From the NCBI RefSeq assembly GCF_032594355.1, contig NZ_CP131061.1, positions 1,580,011-1,604,010 of the forward strand: a stretch of DNA of 24,000 nt, given 5' to 3'. The notes beneath the pieces were generated by a model. The model had not been told where the DNA came from. It saw only the letters and a program-made list of their open reading frames with translations, and made no database searches. Below, piece by piece: positions 6,563-14,200 of the stretch (positions are counted from its first letter, which is position 1; each line of letters opens with the position of its first letter). A program made the position numbers and the translations under genes. This stretch comes from Methanolapillus ohkumae. Its GTDB lineage: Archaea > Halobacteriota > Methanosarcinia > Methanosarcinales > Methanosarcinaceae.

Positions 6563-7867
6563 TCAAATTCTTTCGATGTAAGACGCCGATTTTAAGCCGG
6601 AGCGCCGGTCAAAGGATTTGATGGCGTTGTCCAAATCCGTCTGGATGAGATTGTACCGGTTTTCCAAAAGTGCCGACAAAACAGCTTCCCGGACAACCAT
6701 ACGCAAGTCGGAGCCTGTGTATTCTTCCGTTTTTCGGGCAATCGATTCCGTGTCGATTGTTCCTTCAATTTTTTTGAGAATGGAATCCAGAATCTGGCGT
6801 CTCATTTCAAGCGTCGGGCGCTCAAAGTCGACGATTTCGTCAAACCGTCGCCAAACCGCATCATCCAACCTTTTGGTGTGGTTGGTGGCGGCAATCAGCA
6901 AAACCCCATCTTCGACCAAACTGATGTTGTCAATCGCTTTTAAAAGTGTGTTGACGGCTTGTTTGATGGCGGCATGCTCATCGGCGGAACTCCGCGACAT
7001 GGCGATAAAGTCAAATTCATCAATAAACATAATGCATGGATTGAATCTTTTGGAAAGCGCAAACACCCGGTCGATATTTTTGGACGTTTCGCCCAAATAT
7101 TGATCGGTGATCATGGACAGATGAACTTCAATAATCGGAACCGCAAACCTTTTGGAAAGCGCGCGCGCGAATGATGTTTTTCCGGTTCCGGGCGGACCGA
7201 CGAATAAAACTTTTCCGATATCGTAAAGGCCGATTTGTTTCAAATGTTCTTTGTTTTTAATCGCCATTTCGATTTTTTGAAGCTCATTCTTTTGCCGCTC
7301 GGTTAAAATCAACTCTTCCATCGTCTCCCGAACTTCTTCCGGTGCCTTGATGTATGCTAATTTCAGCCACTCTTTGCCGTTTCCTTTGTCGTCCTCCAAT
7401 TCTTCAATAATGGATTGAATCCATTCCCGAGATGCTTCTTTGGGCGGATTTTTGGACGCCGTATCTTCATAATTGACGTTGCTGCGCTTTAAAATTTCTT
7501 GGAAATAATAGGCCAAAACCGGATTTAAATTAATTATTTCCTGTGCCCCCTCTTGTTTTTCAAACCATTGGGCCGCCGCCTCAAGCCCGCCATCGGTCAG
7601 CCGGACGGTGCCCGAATTTTCGTCGATGATGGCATAGCTGAATTTTTTGCCGTTGATTTTTAAAGCCTCTTCCACGTTGTCGATATCGTAAATCTTTTTG
7701 ACCACCGCTTTCGTAACCTTAATCGGTTTTTGGATACCGCGGATTTTGCTGTCCCAAAACGAGCGCCGGATTTCGGACGGGATGTCGTTGGCAAACAAGC
7801 GGTCTTGTGTGTTATAAATCTCAGCCGTCAAAAGCAATTCGATGACGCTTAATGATTTTTCAGTCAT
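6563..7867 (-). CDS. AAA-family ATPase (single classic-clade AAA domain with a ~200-aa N-terminal region of unknown function)
   Basis: Walker A is 'VGPPGTGKTSFARAL' and Walker B is 'CIMFIDEFD'. The second region of homology reads 'LIAATNHTKRLDDAVWRRFD'. Confidence 0.85.
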   Translation of the reverse strand: MTEKSLSVIELLLTAEIYNTQDRLFANDIPSEIRRSFWDSKIRGIQKPIKVTKAVVKKIYDIDNVEEALKINGKKFSYAIIDENSGTVRLTDGGLEAAAQWFEKQEGAQEIINLNPVLAYYFQEILKRSNVNYEDTASKNPPKEASREWIQSIIEELEDDKGNGKEWLKLAYIKAPEEVRETMEELILTERQKNELQKIEMAIKNKEHLKQIGLYDIGKVLFVGPPGTGKTSFARALSKRFAVPIIEVHLSMITDQYLGETSKNIDRVFALSKRFNPCIMFIDEFDFIAMSRSSADEHAAIKQAVNTLLKAIDNISLVEDGVLLIAATNHTKRLDDAVWRRFDEIVDFERPTLEMRRQILDSILKKIEGTIDTESIARKTEEYTGSDLRMVVREAVLSALLENRYNLIQTDLDNAIKSFDRRSGLKSASYIERI

Positions 7868-8145
7868 GTTTTTTCCCCGGGTTCTCTTGAATTTGGATTC
7901 GAATAAAATTGAAAATTTTCAAATTGATTTGAAGTCAATAGAAAAATCAACCTAAAGATTACCGATTTTTTCAAATTCAAAGGTTTTAAAGTGAATAAAG
8001 GATTATTTTTTGAAATAACACGGTATATACTTAAACGTAATAAAATTTTGCTTTCGATTTTGCAGTTTTTCTGTTTTCAAAATAAAAAAATCAGTATCAA
8101 AAAAAGATCCAAATGATTGTCGAAAAAAATTAAATTCTGACAAAA

Positions 8146-8187
8146 TCATCCATTAGCAATGGAATAATTCATCCATTAGCAATGGAA
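8146..8187. promoter_or_regulatory. Two copies, 23 bp apart, of 'tcatccattagcaatggaa', each containing the palindrome CCATT-agc-AATGG
   Basis: The copies lie at 8146-8164 and 8169-8187. They sit in the divergent region between the AAA ATPase gene (start 7867, minus) and the decarboxylase gene (start 8400, plus). Confidence 0.45.
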
Positions 8188-8399
8188 CAATTTATTCATT
8201 CACTATGTAGAGACAGAAAGATGATTCGGCACATGAATACATGAGCGGTTAAAAAAATATATAAGAACCAAATCTATTCATCCATCAATTCATCAAAATA
8301 ATTTTATCCAACATATCAAATTAAAATTCAAATAAAATCAATCCGATCAACTCAATAACTACAAAATCAATAAAAATATCAAAAACAGGAGCAATCATT

Positions 8400-9659
8400 A
8401 TGGTGTCAAAAGACCTGCCGTTTAGCCTGGAAAAAATCGAAAAAGTAATTCAAACCTATCCGACTCCGTTTCATATTTATGATGAAAAAGCAATCCGTGA
8501 GAATGCAAAAGATATGTTGCGCGCCTTTTCGGCCGTGAATGGATTTAAAGAGTTTTTCGCCGTCAAAGCGCTTCCCAACCCGTATATTTTAAAAATTCTC
8601 AAAGAAGAAGGATTCGGCGCCGACTGCAGCTCACTTGCGGAACTCCTGCTTGCGGAAGAGGCAGGAATTACCGGCGAAAACATCATGTTCAGCTCCAACG
8701 ATACGCCAGCGGATGAATTTATCAAAGCAAAAGAACTGGGCGCTATCATCAATTTAGATGATATCAGCCACATTGAAGTGCTTGAAAAAGCCGCCGGCCT
8801 TCCCGAAATATTGTGTTTCCGGTACAATCCCGGACCTCTCAAAGAAGGAAACGCACTCATTGGAAAGCCGGAAGAAGCAAAATATGGTTTTACCCGCGAG
8901 CAACTCTTTTTGGGCTATTCGATTTTGAAGGAAAAGGGTGTTAAGCGATTTGGCCTTCATACAATGGTTGCGTCTAACGAACTGAATCCTGATTATTTCG
9001 TGGAAACCGCCCGCATTTTATTTGAAGTCATTGTTGAAATTTCAAAGAAAGTCGGCATTGACTTTGAATTTGTAAATCTCGGCGGCGGAATCGGAATCCC
9101 GTACCGCCCGGAACAAGACCGTGTGCCGTTTGATAAAATCGCCGGCGGCATTCAAAAAGCCTATGAAGAAATCTTGTCCAAAAACGGCTTAAACCCGAAA
9201 GTTTATTTGGAATGTGGCCGCGTCATCACCGGTCCTTACGGCTATCTGGTTACAACCGTCCGCCATCTGAAATCCATTTACAAGGATTATGTCGGAACGG
9301 ATGCCTGCATGGCGAATCTGATGCGCCCCGGAATGTATGGAGCCTACCACCACATCACGGTTCTCGGGAAAGAAAACGCCCCCCGAAATTTCAAATACGA
9401 TGTCACCGGATCCTTATGTGAAAACAACGACAAATTCGCGGTTGACCGAATGCTTCCAAAAGTAGAGCGTGGCGATATTCTTGTCATTCACGACACCGGC
9501 GCTCACGGCTACGCCATGGGCTTTAATTACAACGGAAAACTCCGGTCGGCCGAACTTCTGATGCGGTCCAGTGGAAGCATTGTCCAAATCCGCCGGGCGG
9601 AAACCATTGCCGATTATTTTGCTACGCTGGACTTGAAAGGATTGAATCATTTCAAATAA
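8400..9659 (+). CDS. lysA: PLP-dependent group IV decarboxylase, diaminopimelate decarboxylase-like
   Basis: It reads 'TPFHIYDE', then 'FFAVKALPNP' (the PLP lysine context), 'GADCSSLAEL' and 'NLGGGIGIPY'. The C-terminal part reads 'VTGSLCENNDKF' and 'HDTGAHGYAMGFNYNG'. An AGGAG Shine-Dalgarno sequence at 8387-8391 lies 8 nt upstream of the ATG. Confidence 0.8.
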   Translation: MVSKDLPFSLEKIEKVIQTYPTPFHIYDEKAIRENAKDMLRAFSAVNGFKEFFAVKALPNPYILKILKEEGFGADCSSLAELLLAEEAGITGENIMFSSNDTPADEFIKAKELGAIINLDDISHIEVLEKAAGLPEILCFRYNPGPLKEGNALIGKPEEAKYGFTREQLFLGYSILKEKGVKRFGLHTMVASNELNPDYFVETARILFEVIVEISKKVGIDFEFVNLGGGIGIPYRPEQDRVPFDKIAGGIQKAYEEILSKNGLNPKVYLECGRVITGPYGYLVTTVRHLKSIYKDYVGTDACMANLMRPGMYGAYHHITVLGKENAPRNFKYDVTGSLCENNDKFAVDRMLPKVERGDILVIHDTGAHGYAMGFNYNGKLRSAELLMRSSGSIVQIRRAETIADYFATLDLKGLNHFK

Positions 9660-9693
9660 GAATCCGTCGCTGTTTTTGTTGAAAAATTTAAAA

Positions 9694-9722
9694 GTTGTTG
9701 CCGCCGAACACGGCGGCACAAC
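9694..9722 (+). terminator. GC-rich hairpin 'tgccgccg aaca cggcggca' downstream of the decarboxylase gene
   Basis: The 8-bp stem pairs 9699-9706 with 9711-9718 and extends to ~12 bp with one bulge. It is preceded by 'ctgtttttgttg' at 9670-9681. Confidence 0.45.
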
Positions 9723-9862
9723 ACAAAAACAAAACCAACAAAAACAAAACCAACAAAAACAAAACCAACAAAAACAAAACCAACAAAAACAAAACCAACA
9801 AAAACAAAACCAACAAAAACAAAACCAACAAAACCAACAAAAACAAAACCAACAAAAACAAA
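9723..9862. repeat. 15-bp tandem repeat 'acaaaaacaaaacca', about 9 copies, composed only of A and C
   Basis: Seven full units run from 9723 to 9827, followed by one 9-bp short unit, one more full unit and a partial. Positions 9717-9862 contain no G or T on the plus strand. Confidence 0.95.
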
Positions 9863-10039
9863 TTAAAAGGTATTACACCTTTTGATTTTTGTATTTGCGT
9901 TCTTTTTTAAAATATATATAAAATTATTCGTATTGTAATATTCTTAGGGATTTGTTTTTATCTGATGGGGAACTTTGCTTATCATTCACTCTTTTTTCTG
10001 AGTATAATAATCAATGAATAAAGATTCCCGGAAAAAAAA

Positions 10040-11581
10040 ATGGCAAGGACAGTGACCTGCCGGGAATTTACGGAAAAAATAAATCCGGAGGAAATTATGG
10101 TTGAAATGAACATTATCGAAGAGGTGGTTGTCGTTGATAAAGACAAAATGGATGTCGAAATCAGCATAGATGCGATGATCATCGATGATAAAAATTCCGA
10201 AAAAACGCAGGAAGAAGCCGAAAAGAAAAAGGCGTTTGAGATGGAAAAATGGTCAGCGCTTTCAATTCGCCACAACCAAATCGATCCGGAACTTTTTGTC
10301 AAATATAAAGTAAACCGAGGCCTTCGGGATGTGCAGGGAAACGGCGTTTTAACCGGACTGACCGAAATCAGCGAAGTTCTTTCCGGCCGCGCCAAAGATG
10401 GGGAACCGGAAGGACACGGCCGCTTGTTTTACCGCGGAATTGAAATCAATGACTTGGTCGATGGTTTTGTTTCGGAGCGGCGGTTCGGATTTGAAGAAGT
10501 CACTTATTTGCTTTTATTTGGAGAACTGCCCACTCAAGAAGAGTTGGAAGAATTTAAAAACCGGCTCGGTCAAAACCGGACACTTCCGATCAGTTTTGTT
10601 CGCGACATCATCATGAAAGCGCCCAGCGACGACATGATGAATACACTTGCCCGCAGCGTTTTAACACTTTATTCTTACGACAAAAACGCAAACAATACCT
10701 CCATCCCAAATGTTCTCCGCCAATGTTTGGAGCTCATTGCTCTTTTTCCACTTTTGGCAGTCTACGGTTATCAAGCCTACACACATTTCCATGACGGCAA
10801 AAGCCTGTTTATTCACAGTCCGAAACCTGAGCTTTCCACCGCGGAAAATATTCTTCACATTTTACGCCCGAGCAGCGAATACACCTTCTTAGAAGCACAA
10901 TTGTTGGACTTGACACTGGTTCTTCATGCCGAACACGGCGGCGGAAACAATTCAACCTTCACCTGCCGGGTGGTCAGCTCATCCGGAACCGATACATATT
11001 CCGCAATCGCGGCCGCATTGGGAAGTTTAAAAGGCCCAAAACACGGTGGCGCCAACATAAAAGTCGTCCAAATGTTTGATGACTTAAAGAAAAATGTCGG
11101 CGACTGGAAAAATGAAGAAGAGGTCGGAAATTATTTGCGTGCGCTTTTGAACAAAGAAGCGTTTGACAAAGCCGGTTTAATTTACGGAATCGGCCACGCC
11201 GTTTATTCTAAAAATGATCCGCGAGCGGATATTTTCAAAAAATTCGTCCGGGAACTATCCAAAGAAAAAGGTTGCTATGAAGAGTTTTTGCTGTATGATT
11301 TGGTGGAAAAACTTTCCCCAATCATAATCGGTCAAGAAAAACGCATTTATAAAGGCGTTTCCGCAAACATTGACTTTTACAGCGGTTTTGTGTACAATAT
11401 GCTGGGGCTTCCCGCGGAACTGTATACCCCGATTTTTGCGATCAGCCGCATTTCCGGATGGAGCGCTCACCGCTTGGAAGAACTCATCAATTCCGGAAAA
11501 ATAATCCGACCGGCCTACAAAGAAGTGTGTGCACGGCGCCCGTATGTGCCCTTGGATCAAAGAACACCACCGGGCGAATGA
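10040..11581 (+). CDS. Citrate synthase (citrate/2-methylcitrate synthase family) with an uncertain N-terminal extension
   Basis: It contains 'RGLRDVQGNGVLTGLTEIS', 'LFYRGIEINDL', 'HAEHGGGNNSTF', 'GSLKGPKHGGAN', 'GIGHAVYSKNDPRA' and 'DFYSGFVY'. Alternative in-frame ATG codons lie at 10148, 10175 and 10241. Confidence 0.88.
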   Translation: MARTVTCREFTEKINPEEIMVEMNIIEEVVVVDKDKMDVEISIDAMIIDDKNSEKTQEEAEKKKAFEMEKWSALSIRHNQIDPELFVKYKVNRGLRDVQGNGVLTGLTEISEVLSGRAKDGEPEGHGRLFYRGIEINDLVDGFVSERRFGFEEVTYLLLFGELPTQEELEEFKNRLGQNRTLPISFVRDIIMKAPSDDMMNTLARSVLTLYSYDKNANNTSIPNVLRQCLELIALFPLLAVYGYQAYTHFHDGKSLFIHSPKPELSTAENILHILRPSSEYTFLEAQLLDLTLVLHAEHGGGNNSTFTCRVVSSSGTDTYSAIAAALGSLKGPKHGGANIKVVQMFDDLKKNVGDWKNEEEVGNYLRALLNKEAFDKAGLIYGIGHAVYSKNDPRADIFKKFVRELSKEKGCYEEFLLYDLVEKLSPIIIGQEKRIYKGVSANIDFYSGFVYNMLGLPAELYTPIFAISRISGWSAHRLEELINSGKIIRPAYKEVCARRPYVPLDQRTPPGE

Positions 11582-11629
11582 TTTAGAAGAATAATATTTC
11601 ATTTTTATTTTTTGGGATCTTATTGATCT

Positions 11630-11680
11630 GATTTTGTTGTTTTTACGCTGCTGTCGCGCGCACTATTGCGTCGGTTTTTA
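11630..11680 (+). other. GC-box copy b: 'tttgttgtttt' - 'tacgctgctgt' - CGCGCGC - 'actattgcgtcgg' - 'ttttt'
   Basis: The core is at 11655-11661, about 75 nt downstream of the citrate synthase stop. Its layout matches the elements at 5205-5250 and 18311-18355, in reverse complement. Confidence 0.55.
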
Positions 11681-12102
11681 ATTATGAACCACAAATCAGA
11701 GAGCGGTTTTTTTTTCAGTTTTTATTTTAAATTGTTTCCATTTTTTAATTCTGTGCAAATTTTAAAAAACTTCGTTTTAAGATATATTTTTTAAAGTTAA
11801 TTTTTCATTTCAGCTGGTTGTCATTTTTCATACATCCTTTTTATAATTATTTGTTAATAATTATAAAACGATTATTATTTATAATATTGTCAAAAATAGT
11901 TTCTTGTGGAAATTCGTGATTGATTTGAAAAAAAGAGTCATGAATTCTGCTGAATGAGGTTCATTTTGAATAAAAATAAGCACTCACCATTCTGATTATT
12001 GTCAAGTAGAAGTTGGCAATAATCACTTGTTTGATGGCGAGTTAATTTTTCAGTGCATACCGAAAATTCACTCCTATTTTGATTTTAAGGTATATTAAAT
12101 AA

Positions 12103-12279
12103 ATGTTTGTAATTGCCGATTGGCAAGAAGGAGCTACTAGAAACCTGATCAATAAAACAGCAACTTGTTATGGGGGAGGTGAGTTTGGGATTGCACCTTA
12201 TGCTTACAAATCTAATATAAGAGTAGAACTAGTATGTAATGCAAATGGAGTGGTAACTCCTATTATAACTCCCCAATGA
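12103..12279 (+). CDS. Hypothetical 58-aa protein (MFVIADWQEGATRNLINKTATCYGGGEFGIAPYAYKSNIRVELVCNANGVVTPIITPQ)
   Basis: This is my own translation, because the ORF falls below the 60-aa cutoff of the ORF track. A perfect hairpin plus T7 follows immediately. Codon choice (aga, ata, cta, gta, cct) differs from neighbouring genes. I recognised no homolog. Confidence 0.3.
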   Translation: MFVIADWQEGATRNLINKTATCYGGGEFGIAPYAYKSNIRVELVCNANGVVTPIITPQ

Positions 12280-12288
12280 TTAAGGTAT

Positions 12289-12324
12289 TGAATAATAGAT
12301 TTCAAATCTATTATTCATTTTTTT
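12289..12324 (+). terminator. Perfect 14-bp-arm palindrome 'tgaataatagattt c aaatctattattca' followed by T7
   Basis: The arms lie at 12289-12302 and 12304-12317, and the T run at 12318-12324. The structure begins 10 nt after the stop of the 58-aa ORF. Confidence 0.6.
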
Positions 12325-12339
12325 AATGGATGTGATAAA

Positions 12340-12471
12340 ATGGATCTTACATATGAATCAATTTATTCTCTTGTTGAAGCAGGTTTTATTTTTTTATTTA
12401 TTGTTGGCATTATTTCGTTTGCTCTTTATATCCTAATCAAACGGATGATTCAAAAAGAGCGAAAAAAATAG
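12340..12471 (+). CDS. Hypothetical 43-aa single-pass membrane protein (MDLTYESIYSLVEAGFIFLFIVGIISFALYILIKRMIQKERKK)
   Basis: This is my own translation. It has one ~23-residue hydrophobic helix followed by a K/R-rich tail. An alternative overlapping frame starts at 12326. Confidence 0.3.
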   Translation: MDLTYESIYSLVEAGFIFLFIVGIISFALYILIKRMIQKERKK

Positions 12472-12512
12472 TAATTTTTTTATTTTAATCAGCATTTCAT
12501 TTTTTTATTCCA

Positions 12513-12562
12513 AGCAACCCCTCCCGAAAATTCGAACGTGTGCCGTGTTTCAAATTTCCCGG
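12513..12562. repeat. Second, degenerate copy of the palindromic element found at 5033-5075, in opposite orientation
   Basis: 'ccctcccgaaaattcg' at 12519-12534 is identical to the reverse complement of 5056-5071. The arms 'cccgaaaattcgaacgtg' / 'cgtgtttcaaatttcccgg' form an imperfect hairpin. Confidence 0.7.
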
Positions 12563-12623
12563 ATTGTCATTTAAGGAAAGATATATTGGTGAAAATGTAG
12601 CAATGCTCAAATGCAAATGATTG

Positions 12624-12707
12624 CAGCAGTTGTAAAATAATAACAGATTACAGCAGTTACAGTATCAGCAGTTACAGTATCAACAGTTACAGTATCAGCA
12701 GTTATTG
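12624..12707. repeat. 15-bp tandem repeat 'cagcagttacagtat': 3 good copies plus degenerate flanking copies
   Basis: Good units lie at 12651, 12666 and 12681, with partial or degenerate copies at 12624-12650 and 12696-12707. The array lies just 3' of the HD gene stop (12752, minus strand). Confidence 0.85.
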
Positions 12708-12751
12708 TGAACAAATATGGCTTTGTTCATGAGAGCTTGAAACATTTGGTT

Positions 12752-13972
12752 TTAATAATCAAGTTCCGTCAGCTTGAATTGCTTGGTTTTCGGTTTTTTA
12801 GAGATACCAAAAAAGTCATAGGCCGCCTTGGAAACAACTTCCAGATGCTCTTTGGGAGAAAAAACACCCATGCGCCAAGCGCCGGCCTGTGCGGTTTCCA
12901 TGACTTTGACAAAAGGAGACGCGTCGGAAAGCCTCTTGACCGTCCGGTCCATAATAAGCGCTTTCATTTCGGCCAGTTCCGGTTTTTGCGGGATGTCCAC
13001 CATAACATATTCCGGATCGACGCCGGCATTTTCAGCAATCTCTTTTTCAACACGGGGAATGTTTTTCCGGTGTTCAAAGACACCGGTCCCGACAACTTCC
13101 AGTCCATCGTAAAGCGCCCGCTTGTATAAATTCCGGTTGTCAAGGCGTTCGGCAATTTCGCCGGGGAAGCCATCTGCGTTTCGAAGGACGCACATGAGTC
13201 CCAAATCATCCAGCCGGGAAAAATCGGACGGCCGAATCGCACCCGATTCCAGCAATCGTCCGCATGCCCGCGAACACATGGTTTCCGAAATCCGGGAAAC
13301 GTGGTGATAGTAAACGGATGAGTTCATCCAATACCGTGACACCAATAAGGATTCCGCTGCCCGGATCGCGTTGTTGGACAGCACCAATTTGTCTTCATAA
13401 TAATTCATGTGGTTTAAAAGCCGCATGTAGTCCACGCTTCCGGAAGAAACACCGGTGTAATGCATATCACGCGCCAGATAATCCATTTTATCGACATCGA
13501 TTTCGCTGCTGAGAATTTGACTTTGTGGCGTGTCGCCGGCGATATGCTTTGCGATTTTGGAGGGCGTAAACCCGAAATCTTTTAAAACGTCTCCGACTTC
13601 GTTTTTAGAGATCAGATGAAACACATCGTCGTGCTTTTTGTGGGTATAATTTTCAATAAGTTTTTCGGTCGCATGCGAAAACGGCCCGTGTCCGATATCA
13701 TGAAGAAGGGCAGAGACAACGATTTCATCTAATTTGCTTTCGCCCACGTTTTCATCCAAATTTTGAATTTTTAAAAAGAGAGAAGCAAGATGCATCGCAC
13801 CCATGCTGTGTTCAAAACGGGTGTGATTAGCACCCGGATACACCAAATTGGAAAAGCCGAGCTGTTTAATCCGGCGCAGACGCTGCATTTGCGGTGTATC
13901 GAATAAGCGCTGCTCCAACTCATGAAATTCAATGTAGCCATGAATCGGGTCAAGAATAACGCTTTTTTCCAT
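12752..13972 (-). CDS. HD-domain phosphohydrolase (COG1078 / dNTP triphosphohydrolase-like)
   Basis: It reads 'ILDPIHGYIEF', 'MQRLRRIKQLG', 'HTRFEHSMGAMHLA' and 'LLHDIGHGPFSH', with 'DVDKMDYLARD' further downstream. Confidence 0.85.
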   Translation of the reverse strand: MEKSVILDPIHGYIEFHELEQRLFDTPQMQRLRRIKQLGFSNLVYPGANHTRFEHSMGAMHLASLFLKIQNLDENVGESKLDEIVVSALLHDIGHGPFSHATEKLIENYTHKKHDDVFHLISKNEVGDVLKDFGFTPSKIAKHIAGDTPQSQILSSEIDVDKMDYLARDMHYTGVSSGSVDYMRLLNHMNYYEDKLVLSNNAIRAAESLLVSRYWMNSSVYYHHVSRISETMCSRACGRLLESGAIRPSDFSRLDDLGLMCVLRNADGFPGEIAERLDNRNLYKRALYDGLEVVGTGVFEHRKNIPRVEKEIAENAGVDPEYVMVDIPQKPELAEMKALIMDRTVKRLSDASPFVKVMETAQAGAWRMGVFSPKEHLEVVSKAAYDFFGISKKPKTKQFKLTELDY

Positions 13973-14200
13973 AAAATAACATCCAAATTTTTAAAACATT
14001 AAACAATAATGGGAATGAATAATGAAAATAGATAAGCGATGTATATGAAACGATGTATTTAAAGGTTCATTTTTTGAACCGGATAAATCCGATTTTTTCG
14101 CAATCAATGTCCATATTGTTTACCGGCATGATTTTACGGCAAGTGAACGATAAATTAACTATATATAGGTTTAGAATTTTGAAATAGTCGGAGATTTCCG

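Noticed and set aside
5754-7867. The AAA ATPase plus MBL-fold hydrolase pair as a candidate defence system.
   Set aside because: The ATPase has classic-clade AAA motifs (including the SRH 'ATNHTKRLDDAVWRRFD') typical of housekeeping archaeal AAA proteins. The MBL protein looks PhnP-like. A separate TATA-like box lies between the two genes, and the context is ribosomal and metabolic. Nothing indicates a mobile or defence island.
9676-9910. ORFs 9676..9885 and 9695..9910, encoding QKQNQ / NKTNK repeat peptides.
   Set aside because: They are translation artefacts of the A/C-only 15-bp repeat. Two overlapping frames are equally open.
9982-10395. A minus-strand 137-aa ORF overlapping the 5' part of citrate synthase.
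   Set aside because: It is antisense to a region whose plus frame continues into a clear citrate synthase. Its product is low-complexity and S/I-rich.
11700-12100. The AT-rich stretch as evidence of horizontally acquired DNA.
   Set aside because: Other intergenic regions here, such as 7868-8399 and 19606-20684, are similarly AT-rich. Base composition alone is therefore not diagnostic. Only the codon usage and flanking repeats of the small ORFs were kept as a low-confidence finding.
12523-12562. A possible tRNA fragment or att site, because of 'ttcgaa' and 'ttcaaat' T-loop-like strings.
   Set aside because: No acceptor or anticodon stems can be drawn, and the sequence is better explained as the second copy of the hairpin element. 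No integrase is nearby.
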